Shown one piece after another: positions 51,337 through 61,577 of a stretch of DNA of 64,000 bases. The notes beneath the pieces were generated by a model that worked only from the letters and a program-made list of their open reading frames with translations, ran no database searches and was not told the origin of the DNA. The stretch's first letter is position 1. Each line of letters opens with the position of its first letter. Source of the stretch: an uncultured delta proteobacterium. GTDB taxonomy: Bacteria > Desulfobacterota > Zymogenia > Zymogenales > Zymogenaceae. Where the stretch lies: NCBI GenBank assembly GCA_963735595.1, contig CAVTLK010000004.1, positions 96,001 to 160,000 on the forward strand, read 5' to 3'. Both the position numbers and the translations under genes were made by a program.

Positions 51337-52005
51337 CTAATCCTTCAACATATATCCCACGCCCCGAACCGTCTGCAGCAGCTTCTTAGGATAGTCCTTA
51401 TCGATTTTGTTCCTGAGATAGTTGATATAGACGTCGATGACATTGGTGAAGGTATCGAATTTTATACTCCACACGTGCTCCGATATCATGGTACGGGTGA
51501 GGATTCTCCCGGGGTTCCTCATGAAATACTCGAGCAATGAATACTCCTTGGTGGTCAGGGATATCTCCTTGCCCTGGCGGGTGACCTTCCGGGTGACCGG
51601 GTCGAGCTCAAGGTCGGCCACGATAAGCTTGAGGCTTTCCTCCGGCCGGCCGCGTCTGAGCAGCGCCCGGACACGGGCTAGAAGCTCCTCGAAGGAGAAG
51701 GGCTTGGTCACGTAATCGTCGGCCCCCATATCCAGGCCCTTCACCTTATCATTGACCATATCCTTTGCCGTCAGGAGTATCACGGGAACGCCCTTTTTTG
51801 TTTTCCTGATATGGGCAAGGACGGACAGCCCGTCCAGCTTCGGCAGCATTATGTCCAAAAGCACCATGTCATAATCATAGACGTCCACCATGGATACCGC
51901 TTCCTCGCCATCGGCGGCCACGTCTACCGCGTACGATTCCTCCTCAAACCCCCGTTTGATGAACGATGCTACCTTCGCCTCGTCCTCGACAACCAGAAGT
52001 CTCAC
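51337..52005 (-). CDS. OmpR-family response regulator (CusR-like)
   Basis: VVEDE, LDIMLP, DDYVTKPF, TVRGVGY. Confidence 0.94.
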   Translation of the reverse strand: MRLLVVEDEAKVASFIKRGFEEESYAVDVAADGEEAVSMVDVYDYDMVLLDIMLPKLDGLSVLAHIRKTKKGVPVILLTAKDMVNDKVKGLDMGADDYVTKPFSFEELLARVRALLRRGRPEESLKLIVADLELDPVTRKVTRQGKEISLTTKEYSLLEYFMRNPGRILTRTMISEHVWSIKFDTFTNVIDVYINYLRNKIDKDYPKKLLQTVRGVGYMLKD

Positions 52006-52449
52006 GGCAGTCTCCGTACTAACTAATAAATTAAAAAGGGTTTTAATGCCCGCATTATCTTTTTATTATAACCCTTTTCCCCTGAATTACAAATCATTTT
52101 CTCCCGCCGCCGCCAATTAGCCCGACCTACCCGGACCCTTTCCTGTTCACAGATCACCGCGCGAGGGAGAGAACACGGAATTTGAAAGCGCGCGGCCGGT
52201 ACTAATGACCGATAGGGATAAGCAGAGACAACCGTTGACTTTTATCAGATTGTATATTAATCTAAACAACATAAAAATACCCGGTCAGATCCGCACGCAC
52301 TTGAATGCGGTTTCTTACTTACCTGCGTTGAGCCCGCGGCCGTAACGGGCGGCCGGTATCAACCTTATGGGTTCTCCGGAACCGACCTTGCGTGCCAATG
52401 CTCTTCATACGGTGCGGGTCACAAGACCCGTCCCCCGGCGGGGAGACCG

Positions 52450-55254
52450 ATGCAGGAATTCAGCACGATCCTCATAGCGGACGACGAGCAGGGTATACAC
52501 GAGCTGTTCTCTTCGTTCCTTACCGGCCCCGAGTATCGTCTGCTGTTTGCCGATAACGGAAAAGACGCCGTAGAGGCCGCCTTTACGCACGCTCCCGATC
52601 TCGTCCTGCTGGATGTCATGATGCCAGAGATGGACGGTTTCGAGGCATGTCGCCGTTTGCGGAGCGATCCCCGGACCAAAGAGATTCCCATCCTCATCAT
52701 TACGGCCCTTTACGATCACCGCTCCCGCCTCAAAGGAATTGAGGCTGGGGCCGACGATTTTATCTCAAAACCGTTCGATTTCGAAGAGCTGTCGGCCCGT
52801 ATCAGGAGCATTACGCGTCTCAACCGGTACCGCATCCTGCTGTCGGAGCGCATGAAGTTCGAGCGTCTGTTTGACCTCTCACCGGACGGCATCGTTATCG
52901 TTGACTCCGACCATAATATTACGTTAGCCAATCCCGCCATGCTTCGAATGATTGATGCGCGGGACGAATTCGGCCCGATCGGCCGGCCGGTCTCGGCGCT
53001 GATTGCGCCTGACGAGGCGGCCTCATTCCGTACGGTCCTGTCAGCCGTTCCCGGGAAACCGATCCAGTCGCGGATAGAGACCGTTTTTGTCCGGAGCGAC
53101 GGCGCCCGATTTCCTGTTGAAATCAGCGTGGGCGACCTACTCTATGAGGGAGACCAGGCTCTCTACCTCATCGTCAGGGATATCACCGAACGCAAGCGCT
53201 TTGAAGACCACCTCAGCCGATCCGAGCAAAGATATCGCGACCTCATCGAAAAGATTCAGGACCTCGTGTATGTCACCGACGGCAGGGGAACGGTTCTGTT
53301 CCTCAACGACGCCATGGAGCGATCCTTCGGCTATACGAAAGAGGAAATTATCGGAAGGACGTTTATGGAGTTCATCGCACCGGAAGACCGCCCATCGGCC
53401 GAAGAATTGTTCAAGAGGCAGTTGGCTAATCAAGACGTCGGCACCTTTGAGCTTTCCTTTATCAGCAAGGAGGGCCGTCGAATCATTATGGAGCTGCACG
53501 AGCGCCTCACCTGGGACGATCATACGGTCATAGAGGTCCACGGGATTGGTCGGGACATTACCGAGCGCAAGCGGATCCAGGAAGAACTCCGGAAATCCGA
53601 AGAGCGGTTCAGCAACCTCTTCGAGACATCCAGAGATGTCATCTTTATTTGCGACGGCCGCGGCCGCTTCATCGATATTAATCCCGCGGGCCAGGTGCTC
53701 CTCAACTATTCACGGGAGGAAATCCTCTCACTGGACTTCGCGGATATCTGCGCGGACCGGCGCGACCCGGATCGTCTCAACGCGGCCATGGACGAAAGCG
53801 GCTTCGCAAAAGACTTCGACCTTTCTGTCAGGGGTAAGGATCGAACGACGATAGACTGTCTGATCACGGTCACCCGGACAAGCGATCCAGCCGAAAACAG
53901 CGGCGGTTTTCAGGGGATTATCAAGGACATAACCGAGAAGAAGCGATTCGTCGACCTTACCCTGGACGGCATCAAAGAGGGTGTCTTTACCGTTGACAAA
54001 GAATGGAAGATCCGTTACGTCAACTCCGGCGCCGAGGAAATCATGAGAATAACCCGGGAAGATTCGATCGGGAAAAGCTTCTTTGATGTCTTTACCCTGG
54101 ATCGCGACGAAGACGAAACGGCGTTGACACGGATCATCGAATCAAACGAACATATTATCGGGAAAAAGATCATCCTTGCCGGCGCCAGGGGCGCAAGGAT
54201 TCCCGCGGCTATTTCGGGTGCCGCCCTCAGCGACAGGAACGGGGTGATTACGGGCGCCGTGATGATATTTCGTGATCTGTCGGCCATTGAGGCCCTGAAA
54301 AAAGAAATCGAATCGGGCTATACCTTCGAAGATATCATCAGCAAGAATCATCGAATCCGGGAGATATTCTCCATCCTGCCCGATATATCGGAAAGCGGCA
54401 GCACCGTGCTTATCGAGGGCCCAAGCGGCACCGGCAAGGAGCTCTTCGCCCGGGCGATCCACAACCTCTCGCCCCGAAGGACCGGACCGTTTATTGCGAT
54501 CAACTGCTCGGCGATACCCGAAACGCTGCTCGAATCGGAGCTCTTCGGGTATGTCAAAGGTGCCTTCACCAATGCGCTGACCGACAAACCCGGGCGTTTT
54601 GCCCTGGCCGAAGGCGGTACATTGTTTCTGGACGAGATAGGGGATCTTCCTAAATCTCTTCAGGTGAAGCTCCTGAGGGTCCTCGAGGAGCGGGAGTATG
54701 AACCGCTGGGGGCGGTCGCCAGTATCAAGACCGACGCCCGGATCATCGCGTCGACCAACCGCAGTATTGCACAGGAGATAGCCGCCGGCGCTTTTCGGGA
54801 AGACCTTTTCTACCGGCTCAATGTCCTGAAGATCAGCCTCCCCCGGTTGAAGGAGCGCAGAGAGGACATCCCGCTGCTCATCGACTATTTCCTGCGAAAA
54901 TTTGCGGGCTCCATGGGTAAAAATATCTCCGCGGTGTCCGAGGAAGTCCTCGCGTTTCTCATGGGCTACGATTTCCCCGGTAACGTCCGCGAGCTGGAGA
55001 ACATCGTCGAGCATGCCTGTGTGCTCTGCCGGCATGACGTCATTTCTATGGAGCATCTTCCAAAGGAGCTGACCGACGGCCTCCGGACACCCGAGCCGAT
55101 GACTGCCCTCAAGGACCGTGTCATGGACTCCGAAAAGGAGCTTATCAGGGCGATTCTGGCCCAGCACAATGGAGACAGGGCTAAAGCGGCCCACGCGCTG
55201 AACATCGGAAGAACCAGCCTCTGGAGAAAGATGAAGAAATACCGCCTGCTATGA
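52450..55254 (+). CDS. Sigma54-dependent activator: REC + four PAS + AAA+ + Fis HTH
   Basis: IADDE/LDVMMP/KPF receiver; RDITERK PAS ends; GPSGTGKE, ESELFG, GAFTNA, FLDEIG, FPGNVREL; RTSLWRKM. Confidence 0.93.
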   Translation: MQEFSTILIADDEQGIHELFSSFLTGPEYRLLFADNGKDAVEAAFTHAPDLVLLDVMMPEMDGFEACRRLRSDPRTKEIPILIITALYDHRSRLKGIEAGADDFISKPFDFEELSARIRSITRLNRYRILLSERMKFERLFDLSPDGIVIVDSDHNITLANPAMLRMIDARDEFGPIGRPVSALIAPDEAASFRTVLSAVPGKPIQSRIETVFVRSDGARFPVEISVGDLLYEGDQALYLIVRDITERKRFEDHLSRSEQRYRDLIEKIQDLVYVTDGRGTVLFLNDAMERSFGYTKEEIIGRTFMEFIAPEDRPSAEELFKRQLANQDVGTFELSFISKEGRRIIMELHERLTWDDHTVIEVHGIGRDITERKRIQEELRKSEERFSNLFETSRDVIFICDGRGRFIDINPAGQVLLNYSREEILSLDFADICADRRDPDRLNAAMDESGFAKDFDLSVRGKDRTTIDCLITVTRTSDPAENSGGFQGIIKDITEKKRFVDLTLDGIKEGVFTVDKEWKIRYVNSGAEEIMRITREDSIGKSFFDVFTLDRDEDETALTRIIESNEHIIGKKIILAGARGARIPAAISGAALSDRNGVITGAVMIFRDLSAIEALKKEIESGYTFEDIISKNHRIREIFSILPDISESGSTVLIEGPSGTGKELFARAIHNLSPRRTGPFIAINCSAIPETLLESELFGYVKGAFTNALTDKPGRFALAEGGTLFLDEIGDLPKSLQVKLLRVLEEREYEPLGAVASIKTDARIIASTNRSIAQEIAAGAFREDLFYRLNVLKISLPRLKERREDIPLLIDYFLRKFAGSMGKNISAVSEEVLAFLMGYDFPGNVRELENIVEHACVLCRHDVISMEHLPKELTDGLRTPEPMTALKDRVMDSEKELIRAILAQHNGDRAKAAHALNIGRTSLWRKMKKYRLL

Positions 55255-55323
55255 CCATCCCCCGCGGCCGACCCGCACCGGATCGCCGGCTCGGGTAGTA
55301 AACACCCACTCATTTCTCCCAAG

Positions 55324-55524
55324 CGTCCCACATATGGAACATATCGAGGAACGGAATGTTTCATTAACGGAACAAGCCGCTTTCCCTATGCCCGTCTGCG
55401 TTAACAACGGTGGTTGTGTATCGGCCCGGATTCATTAGTTATTTTCCGCACACCCGATTCCCGGATATTCCCAATAGAATGCTACGGTACTCTACCGCTT
55501 TAGAGATGTTCCATTAGTGGAACG
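55324..55524 (+). promoter_or_regulatory. Three 18-bp enhancer (UAS)-like palindromes
   Basis: CGTCCCACATATGGAACA (55324), TGTTTCATTAACGGAACA (55357), TGTTCCATTAGTGGAACG (55507); consensus TGTTCCA-N4-TGGAACA. Confidence 0.7.
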
Positions 55525-55613
55525 CTATGCCTCCCGGGGAATGACGGACTATTATCACTCGCGCAACATATTGTAATTATTAGCTTTTAGTCGTGATGTT
55601 TTTATGTATGGTG

Positions 55614-55629
55614 TGGCATAACAATTGCT
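55614..55629 (+). promoter_or_regulatory. Sigma54 -24/-12 promoter
   Basis: TGGCATAACAATTGCT, near consensus; AT-rich IHF-like tract at about 55563-55590. Confidence 0.85.
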
Positions 55630-55712
55630 TTATAAGGTACCGTCGCAAGGTACGTAACGGGTTGTATGCACGAGCCATATATTCGATCTAATGATAGAAA
55701 GGAGGCAACATC

Positions 55713-56615
55713 ATGGGACATCAAAATACGGTAGAATGGAACTTGGAGAACGGCACGATCACCCTGCATAACGAAAAGGCGGACCACCGCCTGCTTCTCA
55801 AGCGCTATGACTTCGTCTTTTCCTTCTTCGATGAAATGAACCGGGTGCTCGGTAATGTGCCGGTCATGATGATTTTCAGAAAAACCCTCGAAAAGTGCGG
55901 CGCGCCGAAAGATATCCTGGAAAACGCCAGTCTCGAATCAGCGGGAAAATTCGTCGACAGCCTGATAGTCCCGGTTGATATTCAAAACAGCGCCCTTCCA
56001 GACGACGTTTCCTGGGACGGCAAGACCCGTAACCTTGACTTCTTCGGGTCGACACATTGGCGCGTGCTTCCCCTGTCGTTTATCCAGAGCTTCCGGGAGG
56101 CACTTTATGAGGTCCTCACCGAAAACGGGACAAAGGCCATCGTCCGCGAGGCGACAAAGAAAGCAGGGATAGGGATGGCGACCCAGGCGCTGGAAAACTA
56201 CAAATGGAAGACCATTGAAGAAATCGTTGCCAATCAGGACGAGAAAATCTATCTCGGCACGTTCGCGCATGCCGGCTGGTCTCATTCCCGCGTCTTCTCA
56301 AAGAAGACCGATGACGGCAATTATATGTTCCTCGCAAAGATTTCCAACTCCTACGAATCGGAAGGCGTCACGGGACGCACGAGACCGATCTGCGATTGGC
56401 TCATGAGCTACATGGACGGCTTCTACAACGGCGTTATCAATTCGATCTCGGGCAAGTTCATCGAGACCAGGGAAGTACGCTGCCGGGCAATGGGAGACCC
56501 CTACTGCGCCTTTGCACATAAGATCAAGGATAACAAGAAGGATATCCTGGATTGGAAGGAGCTGGAAGGTACCTGGATGGAGCTGGACGCGATCAAGCTG
56601 TCTTCGGCGGCGTAA
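55713..56615 (+). CDS. Stand-alone V4R-domain protein 1
   Basis: HAGW, SNSYES, PICDW...GF, EVRCRAMGDPYCAF; SD AAGGAGG. Confidence 0.82.
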   Translation: MGHQNTVEWNLENGTITLHNEKADHRLLLKRYDFVFSFFDEMNRVLGNVPVMMIFRKTLEKCGAPKDILENASLESAGKFVDSLIVPVDIQNSALPDDVSWDGKTRNLDFFGSTHWRVLPLSFIQSFREALYEVLTENGTKAIVREATKKAGIGMATQALENYKWKTIEEIVANQDEKIYLGTFAHAGWSHSRVFSKKTDDGNYMFLAKISNSYESEGVTGRTRPICDWLMSYMDGFYNGVINSISGKFIETREVRCRAMGDPYCAFAHKIKDNKKDILDWKELEGTWMELDAIKLSSAA

Positions 56616-56757
56616 TCGATACCGGCGGTGAGATACGTTCCTGTGGTGAGCCCGGCGAGGCCGGCCGCTTTATATCCCGCGGCTAAGGATCTTAAAATTA
56701 TAAGCCGTGCACGTGAGCTATATAGACGTCATCTAACAATCAAAAGGAGTCAGAATC

Positions 56758-57660
56758 ATGGGACATCAGAACACGGTAGAATGGAACCTGAAGGACGGTA
56801 CGATTACGCTGCATAATGGGAAGGCTGATCACCGCCTACTACTCAAGCGTTACGACTTCATCTTTTCCTTCGTCGATGAGATGAACCGGGTACTCGGTAA
56901 TGTGCCGGTCATAATGATTTTCAGGAAGACCCTCGAAAAGTGCGGTGCCCCGCAACGGTATCTGGAAAACGTAACCATTGCGGGCGCGGGGGAATTCGTC
57001 GACAGCCTGGTTGTCCCGGTGGATATTCAAAAGAGCATCATTCCCGATAGCATTTCCTGGGACGGTAAAACCAGGACCCTCGATTTTATGGGTACGACCC
57101 ACTGGCGCGTGCTCCCCGTCTCGTTTATCCGAAATTTCAGGGAGGCGCTCTACGAGGTCCTCACGGAAAACGGGACAAAGGCCATCCTCCGCGAGGCGAC
57201 GAAGAAGGCCGGCCTGGGGATGGCGACCCAGGCGCTGGAAACCTACCGGTGGAAGACTGTTGAAGACCTTGTCGCCAATCAGGATGAGCGGCTTTATCTC
57301 GAGGCCTTTTCACATGCCGGCTGGTCCCATTCCCGGGTCTTCTCAAAAAAGAACAAGGACGACAATTACCTGTTCCTGGCAAAAATATCCAACACCTATG
57401 AATCGGAAGGCGTTACGGGACGCACGAGACCGATCTGCGATTGGCTCATGAGCTATATGGACGGTTTCTACAACGGGATGGTCAATACGCTCTCAGGCAA
57501 GTTCGTTGAGACCAGGGAGGTGCGCTGCCGCGCGATGGGAGATCCCTACTGCGCCTTTGCCCACAAGGTCAAGGACAATAAAAAGGATATCCTGGACTGG
57601 AAGGAGCTGGAGGGCGACTGGAAGGAGCTGGACGCGATCAAGCTGTCTTCGGCGGCGTAG
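56758..57660 (+). CDS. Stand-alone V4R-domain protein 2 (paralog)
   Basis: Same length (300 aa); about 52 substitutions relative to protein 1 by manual count; own SD AAGGAG. Confidence 0.82.
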   Translation: MGHQNTVEWNLKDGTITLHNGKADHRLLLKRYDFIFSFVDEMNRVLGNVPVIMIFRKTLEKCGAPQRYLENVTIAGAGEFVDSLVVPVDIQKSIIPDSISWDGKTRTLDFMGTTHWRVLPVSFIRNFREALYEVLTENGTKAILREATKKAGLGMATQALETYRWKTVEDLVANQDERLYLEAFSHAGWSHSRVFSKKNKDDNYLFLAKISNTYESEGVTGRTRPICDWLMSYMDGFYNGMVNTLSGKFVETREVRCRAMGDPYCAFAHKVKDNKKDILDWKELEGDWKELDAIKLSSAA

Positions 57661-57741
57661 CGGACCATCACAAGGGGATGCCTTCGGTTGGGGGCCTTGC
57701 GCGGCACCATCCAAGCGTCCCCGTTTTTTTATCCGGGCTAT

Positions 57742-58779
57742 CTAAGGTGGCCCGGCGGTGCAGCCCGCCGCCAGCTGGCCGCAGGCGGCGGCGATATCGC
57801 CCCCCTTGCTCTTCCTGATGATGGCGTTGAGGTGTGCGGAAATCAGGATCTCCTGAAACGCGAACACCCGGGAGTCGTCCGGACGGTCAAACCGCGCGTC
57901 CGTAAACGCGTTAAAGGGGATGAGGTTGATCTTGACCGGGATCCCCTTTACGAGGCGCGCAAGGGCGCGCGCGTGGTCGTCGGTATCGTTTATTCCCTTG
58001 AGGAGCACGTATTCGATGGTGATCCGCCGCCCCCGCTTGAGAGGGTACGCCCTGAGCGCCGCCATGAGGACATCAAGCGGGTACTTTCGGTTGACCGGCA
58101 TGATACGGTCTCTCGTGGGGTCGTCCGGTGCGTTGAGCGAGACCGCGAGGTTAACGAGGACCTCCCGCCCGAGCCGCGCGATCCCTTCCGGTATCCCCGC
58201 CGTCGAGACGGTTACGTGCCGCCACGAGAATGAAAGCCCCCAGTCCGAAAGGATGATGGCAAGCGCCCGGGAAACCTGTTCGTAGTTGAGCAGCGGCTCC
58301 CCCATCCCCATGAAGACGATATTGGTAAGCACGCCGCCGTGTTCACGGAGATAGTTTTGAGCGGCCAGCACCTGGCCGACAATCTCGCCGGAGGTCAGGT
58401 TCCTGGTCAGGCCCAGGCTCCCCGTCACGCAGAAGGCGCAGCCGAGCGCGCAGCCGGCCTGGCTGGAGACGCACAGCGTCGTCCGCTCCTCATCGGGGAT
58501 AATGACAGACTCGATACACGTGCCGTCGGAAAGGCCCAGGAGAAATTTGACCGTCCCGTCGGCCGCCGCTGTCATCCCGCGAACGGACGGGAGCGTGATA
58601 CGGGCATGGTGAGACAGGAGCAAACGAAACGGCGCCGAAAGGTCGGTCATCCGCTCGATGTCGGTGACCCCCTTTTTGTAGATCCACTTCGCGAGCTGAC
58701 GCCCGCGAAAAGGCCTCTCCCCCAGCGACGAGATGAACAGCTCCATCTCATCGGGAAGCATGCCGAATATCTCTTGCAT
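57742..58779 (-). CDS. rlmN: Dual-specificity RNA methyltransferase RlmN
   Basis: CVSSQAGCALGCAFC, FMGMGEP, AACGQL. Confidence 0.95.
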   Translation of the reverse strand: MQEIFGMLPDEMELFISSLGERPFRGRQLAKWIYKKGVTDIERMTDLSAPFRLLLSHHARITLPSVRGMTAAADGTVKFLLGLSDGTCIESVIIPDEERTTLCVSSQAGCALGCAFCVTGSLGLTRNLTSGEIVGQVLAAQNYLREHGGVLTNIVFMGMGEPLLNYEQVSRALAIILSDWGLSFSWRHVTVSTAGIPEGIARLGREVLVNLAVSLNAPDDPTRDRIMPVNRKYPLDVLMAALRAYPLKRGRRITIEYVLLKGINDTDDHARALARLVKGIPVKINLIPFNAFTDARFDRPDDSRVFAFQEILISAHLNAIIRKSKGGDIAAACGQLAAGCTAGPP

Positions 58780-58845
58780 ACGATACCCGCCCACGTTCAT
58801 GCCGAAAAGCGGGTGACACCAAACCGCCGCTCCGCTCACGCCCGC

Positions 58846-59268
58846 TTAGTAGGTGAACTTTTCTATATCCGAGAAGAAATAGGCAATCTCCACGGCCGCC
58901 GTTTCGGGGGCGTCGGAGCCGTGAACGGTGTTGACCTCTATGGAGGTCCCGTGAGCTGCCCTGATCGTCCCCGCGTCCGCCTTCCTGGGGTCGGTGGCCC
59001 CCATGAGCTGGCGGTTCTTCGCGATTGCCCCGTCGCCTTCCAGTATCATGACGACGGAAGGCCCGGAGCTCATGAAATCGGTCAGGCTGCTATAAAACGG
59101 CTTTTCCTTGTGGACGGCGTAAAATCCTTCCGCCTCTCGCTTGCTCATATGGACCATCCGCATCGCCACGACCGATAGCCCCCCTTTTTCGAAGCGTCCG
59201 ATGATGTCCCCGATGATCTTCTTCTTTACCCCGTCGGGCTTGATGATTGAAAGTGTCCGTTCGATCAT
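58846..59268 (-). CDS. ndk: Nucleoside diphosphate kinase
   Basis: [23 protein letters not shown]. Confidence 0.97.
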   Translation of the reverse strand: MIERTLSIIKPDGVKKKIIGDIIGRFEKGGLSVVAMRMVHMSKREAEGFYAVHKEKPFYSSLTDFMSSGPSVVMILEGDGAIAKNRQLMGATDPRKADAGTIRAAHGTSIEVNTVHGSDAPETAAVEIAYFFSDIEKFTY

Positions 59269-59612
59269 TGATCCTCCTTGCTAACTCGCATGTCCGGTGT
59301 CGGCGTAATATAAACCGGTGCGATATACTACCTGCCGCCGATCGATAGGCTCAATAGGCTCCCGTATATCTCCGCACCCGGTAGTGAATGCTCTCCTAAA
59401 ACAGTTATTATATCATACCGGTTCGGGCCTGTCTCTATTTTTCTCGTTTACGCCCTCAGTCGGCCGAGACGTAACGCGTCGGGAAGACCGACGGCCGGAA
59501 ATGGCCGACGGACTATTCTCAGCAGGGAGGATTAGCGAGGGGGGTATACGATCTTACGGATACGCGGGGTTACAGTTTCCACGAAATGATCTGCGCGCAT
59601 GCCAACCAAACG

Positions 59613-59639
59613 CAATAGGTCCAATAGGTCCAATAGGTC
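59613..59639. repeat. 9-bp tandem repeat, three copies (CAATAGGTC)
   Basis: Read directly; a degenerate pair also occurs near 59343-59361. Confidence 0.75.
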
Positions 59640-59658
59640 CCGGCGAAACGCGGCACAA

Positions 59659-60867
59659 TTACCGCTGATGGGTCAGCGCCACCTTGACGGCCTGGTGGCG
59701 CTTCTTGTCGAAAAATACCTGTATCGCCTGCCTGAAGTCGGCCATCGGGAAGACGTGGGTGATCATCCCGGAAAAATCGAGCTTTCCCTCGCGGTAGAGC
59801 GTCAGGGCAACGTCAAACGAGCTCATCGATTTGCCCCGGAAGGTCTCCTGCCCGTGGCAGTTGATACCCATGAGCGAAACCTCCTGGTACCAGATCGGCG
59901 TATAGTCGAGCCTTTTGGGCATGAAGTTAATACCGACGACCACCACCGTCGCCCCGGCCCGGGCCCAGCGCAGGCTGTCTGCGATGCTGCGGTCGTTACC
60001 GACGGTGTCATAGATCACGTCAAATCCGCCGATGACCATCTCGTTTCCGAACATCCCCCGATAATACCTGCCGCCGGTCGCATCGGCGACCTTTGTATAG
60101 GCGTCTTTACCCGAGATGACGCCCGCGGCGCCCAGCCGTTTTGCGGCTTCGGCCTGGTGCGGGTAGCGCGCCAGCACCCAGACCTCGGCGCCGGGAGATA
60201 TTGCCTTAAGCACCATGATCATGGTCAGTCCGATCGTGCCGGCCCCCAGTACGAGCACCCGTTCTTTTGCCGCGGGCGGGCGTTTGAGGGCGGCCCGGAC
60301 CGAACAGGCGACCGGCTCTATCAGGATCGCGTCGTGATCCGGGATACCGGGCCCGATCTTAACCAGCTGGCTCTTGTGGGCGACCATAACCGGCGAGAAG
60401 CCTCCCCCCTGGTTATCGGGGGCCCCGTCCCAGCCGGGGGTCTCGCAGAGGAGGTAGTTGCCCCGCCGGCATTCCGGGCACATCGGCCGGGCCTCTTTCT
60501 GATAACAGCTTGGCCAGTCGATCCTGAGGATCACCCGATCGCCCTTCTTGAACTCCTTGGCACCCGCCCCCGACTCGGCTACCTCCCCAACCAGTTCATG
60601 GCCCAGGAACTTGCGTTTAATCGGGGGGACCGCCGCCGGGGCCGTCTTCGGGTCGATCTCCAGGAACATGAAATGGATATCCGATCCGCACAGGCCGCAC
60701 ATCCTGTTATGCACTTTCACCCAGTTGGCGCCGGGAAGCTCGGGCTCAGCGATCTCGGCGTACGAAACCGGCGAAAAACGCGAAAGCGGGGCATTTGGGT
60801 AAACAAGAGAAAGGGCCTTGGTTGCCACTATCCGCTTTATGTCCGAATCGAAATAGAGCGCTTTCAT
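59659..60867 (-). CDS. Zinc-dependent alcohol dehydrogenase (MDR family)
   Basis: CGLCGSD, GHE, C..CPEC..C, GAGTIG. Confidence 0.9.
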   Translation of the reverse strand: MKALYFDSDIKRIVATKALSLVYPNAPLSRFSPVSYAEIAEPELPGANWVKVHNRMCGLCGSDIHFMFLEIDPKTAPAAVPPIKRKFLGHELVGEVAESGAGAKEFKKGDRVILRIDWPSCYQKEARPMCPECRRGNYLLCETPGWDGAPDNQGGGFSPVMVAHKSQLVKIGPGIPDHDAILIEPVACSVRAALKRPPAAKERVLVLGAGTIGLTMIMVLKAISPGAEVWVLARYPHQAEAAKRLGAAGVISGKDAYTKVADATGGRYYRGMFGNEMVIGGFDVIYDTVGNDRSIADSLRWARAGATVVVVGINFMPKRLDYTPIWYQEVSLMGINCHGQETFRGKSMSSFDVALTLYREGKLDFSGMITHVFPMADFRQAIQVFFDKKRHQAVKVALTHQR

Positions 60868-60966
60868 ACGTTACTCCCGCAGGATTTGATAGAACGGGAA
60901 CGACAGCGGTATAGGGGGTGTGGTACCGCCTGGATTGTATGGGTCGGCCAGGTGGCCGAATCCGGG

Positions 60967-61251
60967 CTACTTCTTGAAAAGCGCCTCGAGCCGTGCCCTG
61001 GCAACGTCCGTCTCTCCTCCGGAGGTTGCCGTCCTTCGCGCTACCTTGAACCGGAAGAAATCGCAGAAGTTGTTCTTTTCCTTCTCCCCTACCCACTCGC
61101 TCTGGGGTTCACGGCATTCGTTATAGCTCCCCCGATCGTAGAAGACGCAGTTAAGGCAGGTGTGCAGGTCGGCCCCGCACGAGGCGCAGACGTCACGAAT
61201 CGACACGTAGTCGGAAATAACCGGCTCTCCACACTTATGGCAGCGTTTCAT
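60967..61251 (-). CDS. Small Cys-rich zinc-ribbon protein
   Basis: CHKC, CASC, HTCLNC, C..C; C-terminal LEALFKK. Confidence 0.75.
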   Translation of the reverse strand: MKRCHKCGEPVISDYVSIRDVCASCGADLHTCLNCVFYDRGSYNECREPQSEWVGEKEKNNFCDFFRFKVARRTATSGGETDVARARLEALFKK

Positions 61252-61438
61252 AGGGTGTGCAGTATAGCAGTGGGGTTTATGCCAAGAAAACTGTCTCGAC
61301 TGTCAAAGGGATTATTATCAACACGGTAGTATCGGGGGCACCCGATCCGTAACCGGGGATATAGGGTGATTGTTATACGACCCGGGAAGGGTTGTCAACA
61401 AAAAAATACAAAAATTTTGGTGGGGTGGGTTTTAATTC

Positions 61439-61466
61439 TTGACTGATTGGTCAATCTATGCTATGA
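61439..61466 (+). promoter_or_regulatory. Promoter with overlapping palindromic operator
   Basis: TTGACTGATTGGTCAA palindrome that includes a -35 TTGACT; TGCTATGAA downstream. Confidence 0.55.
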
Positions 61467-61577
61467 AGAGGCACGGTGGGTCGATCGAGTCTTCCTGTAG
61501 CATACCGCCCGCCGACTGGCAGCAAAGTCTTCTCATGGAACGGTTTTTTTCATCCAAAACCTAGGGGAGGTATGTAT

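Noticed and set aside
54550..54580. GAFTNA variant implying a sigma54-independent activator
   Set aside because: The critical F and T are retained and a good -24/-12 promoter lies downstream
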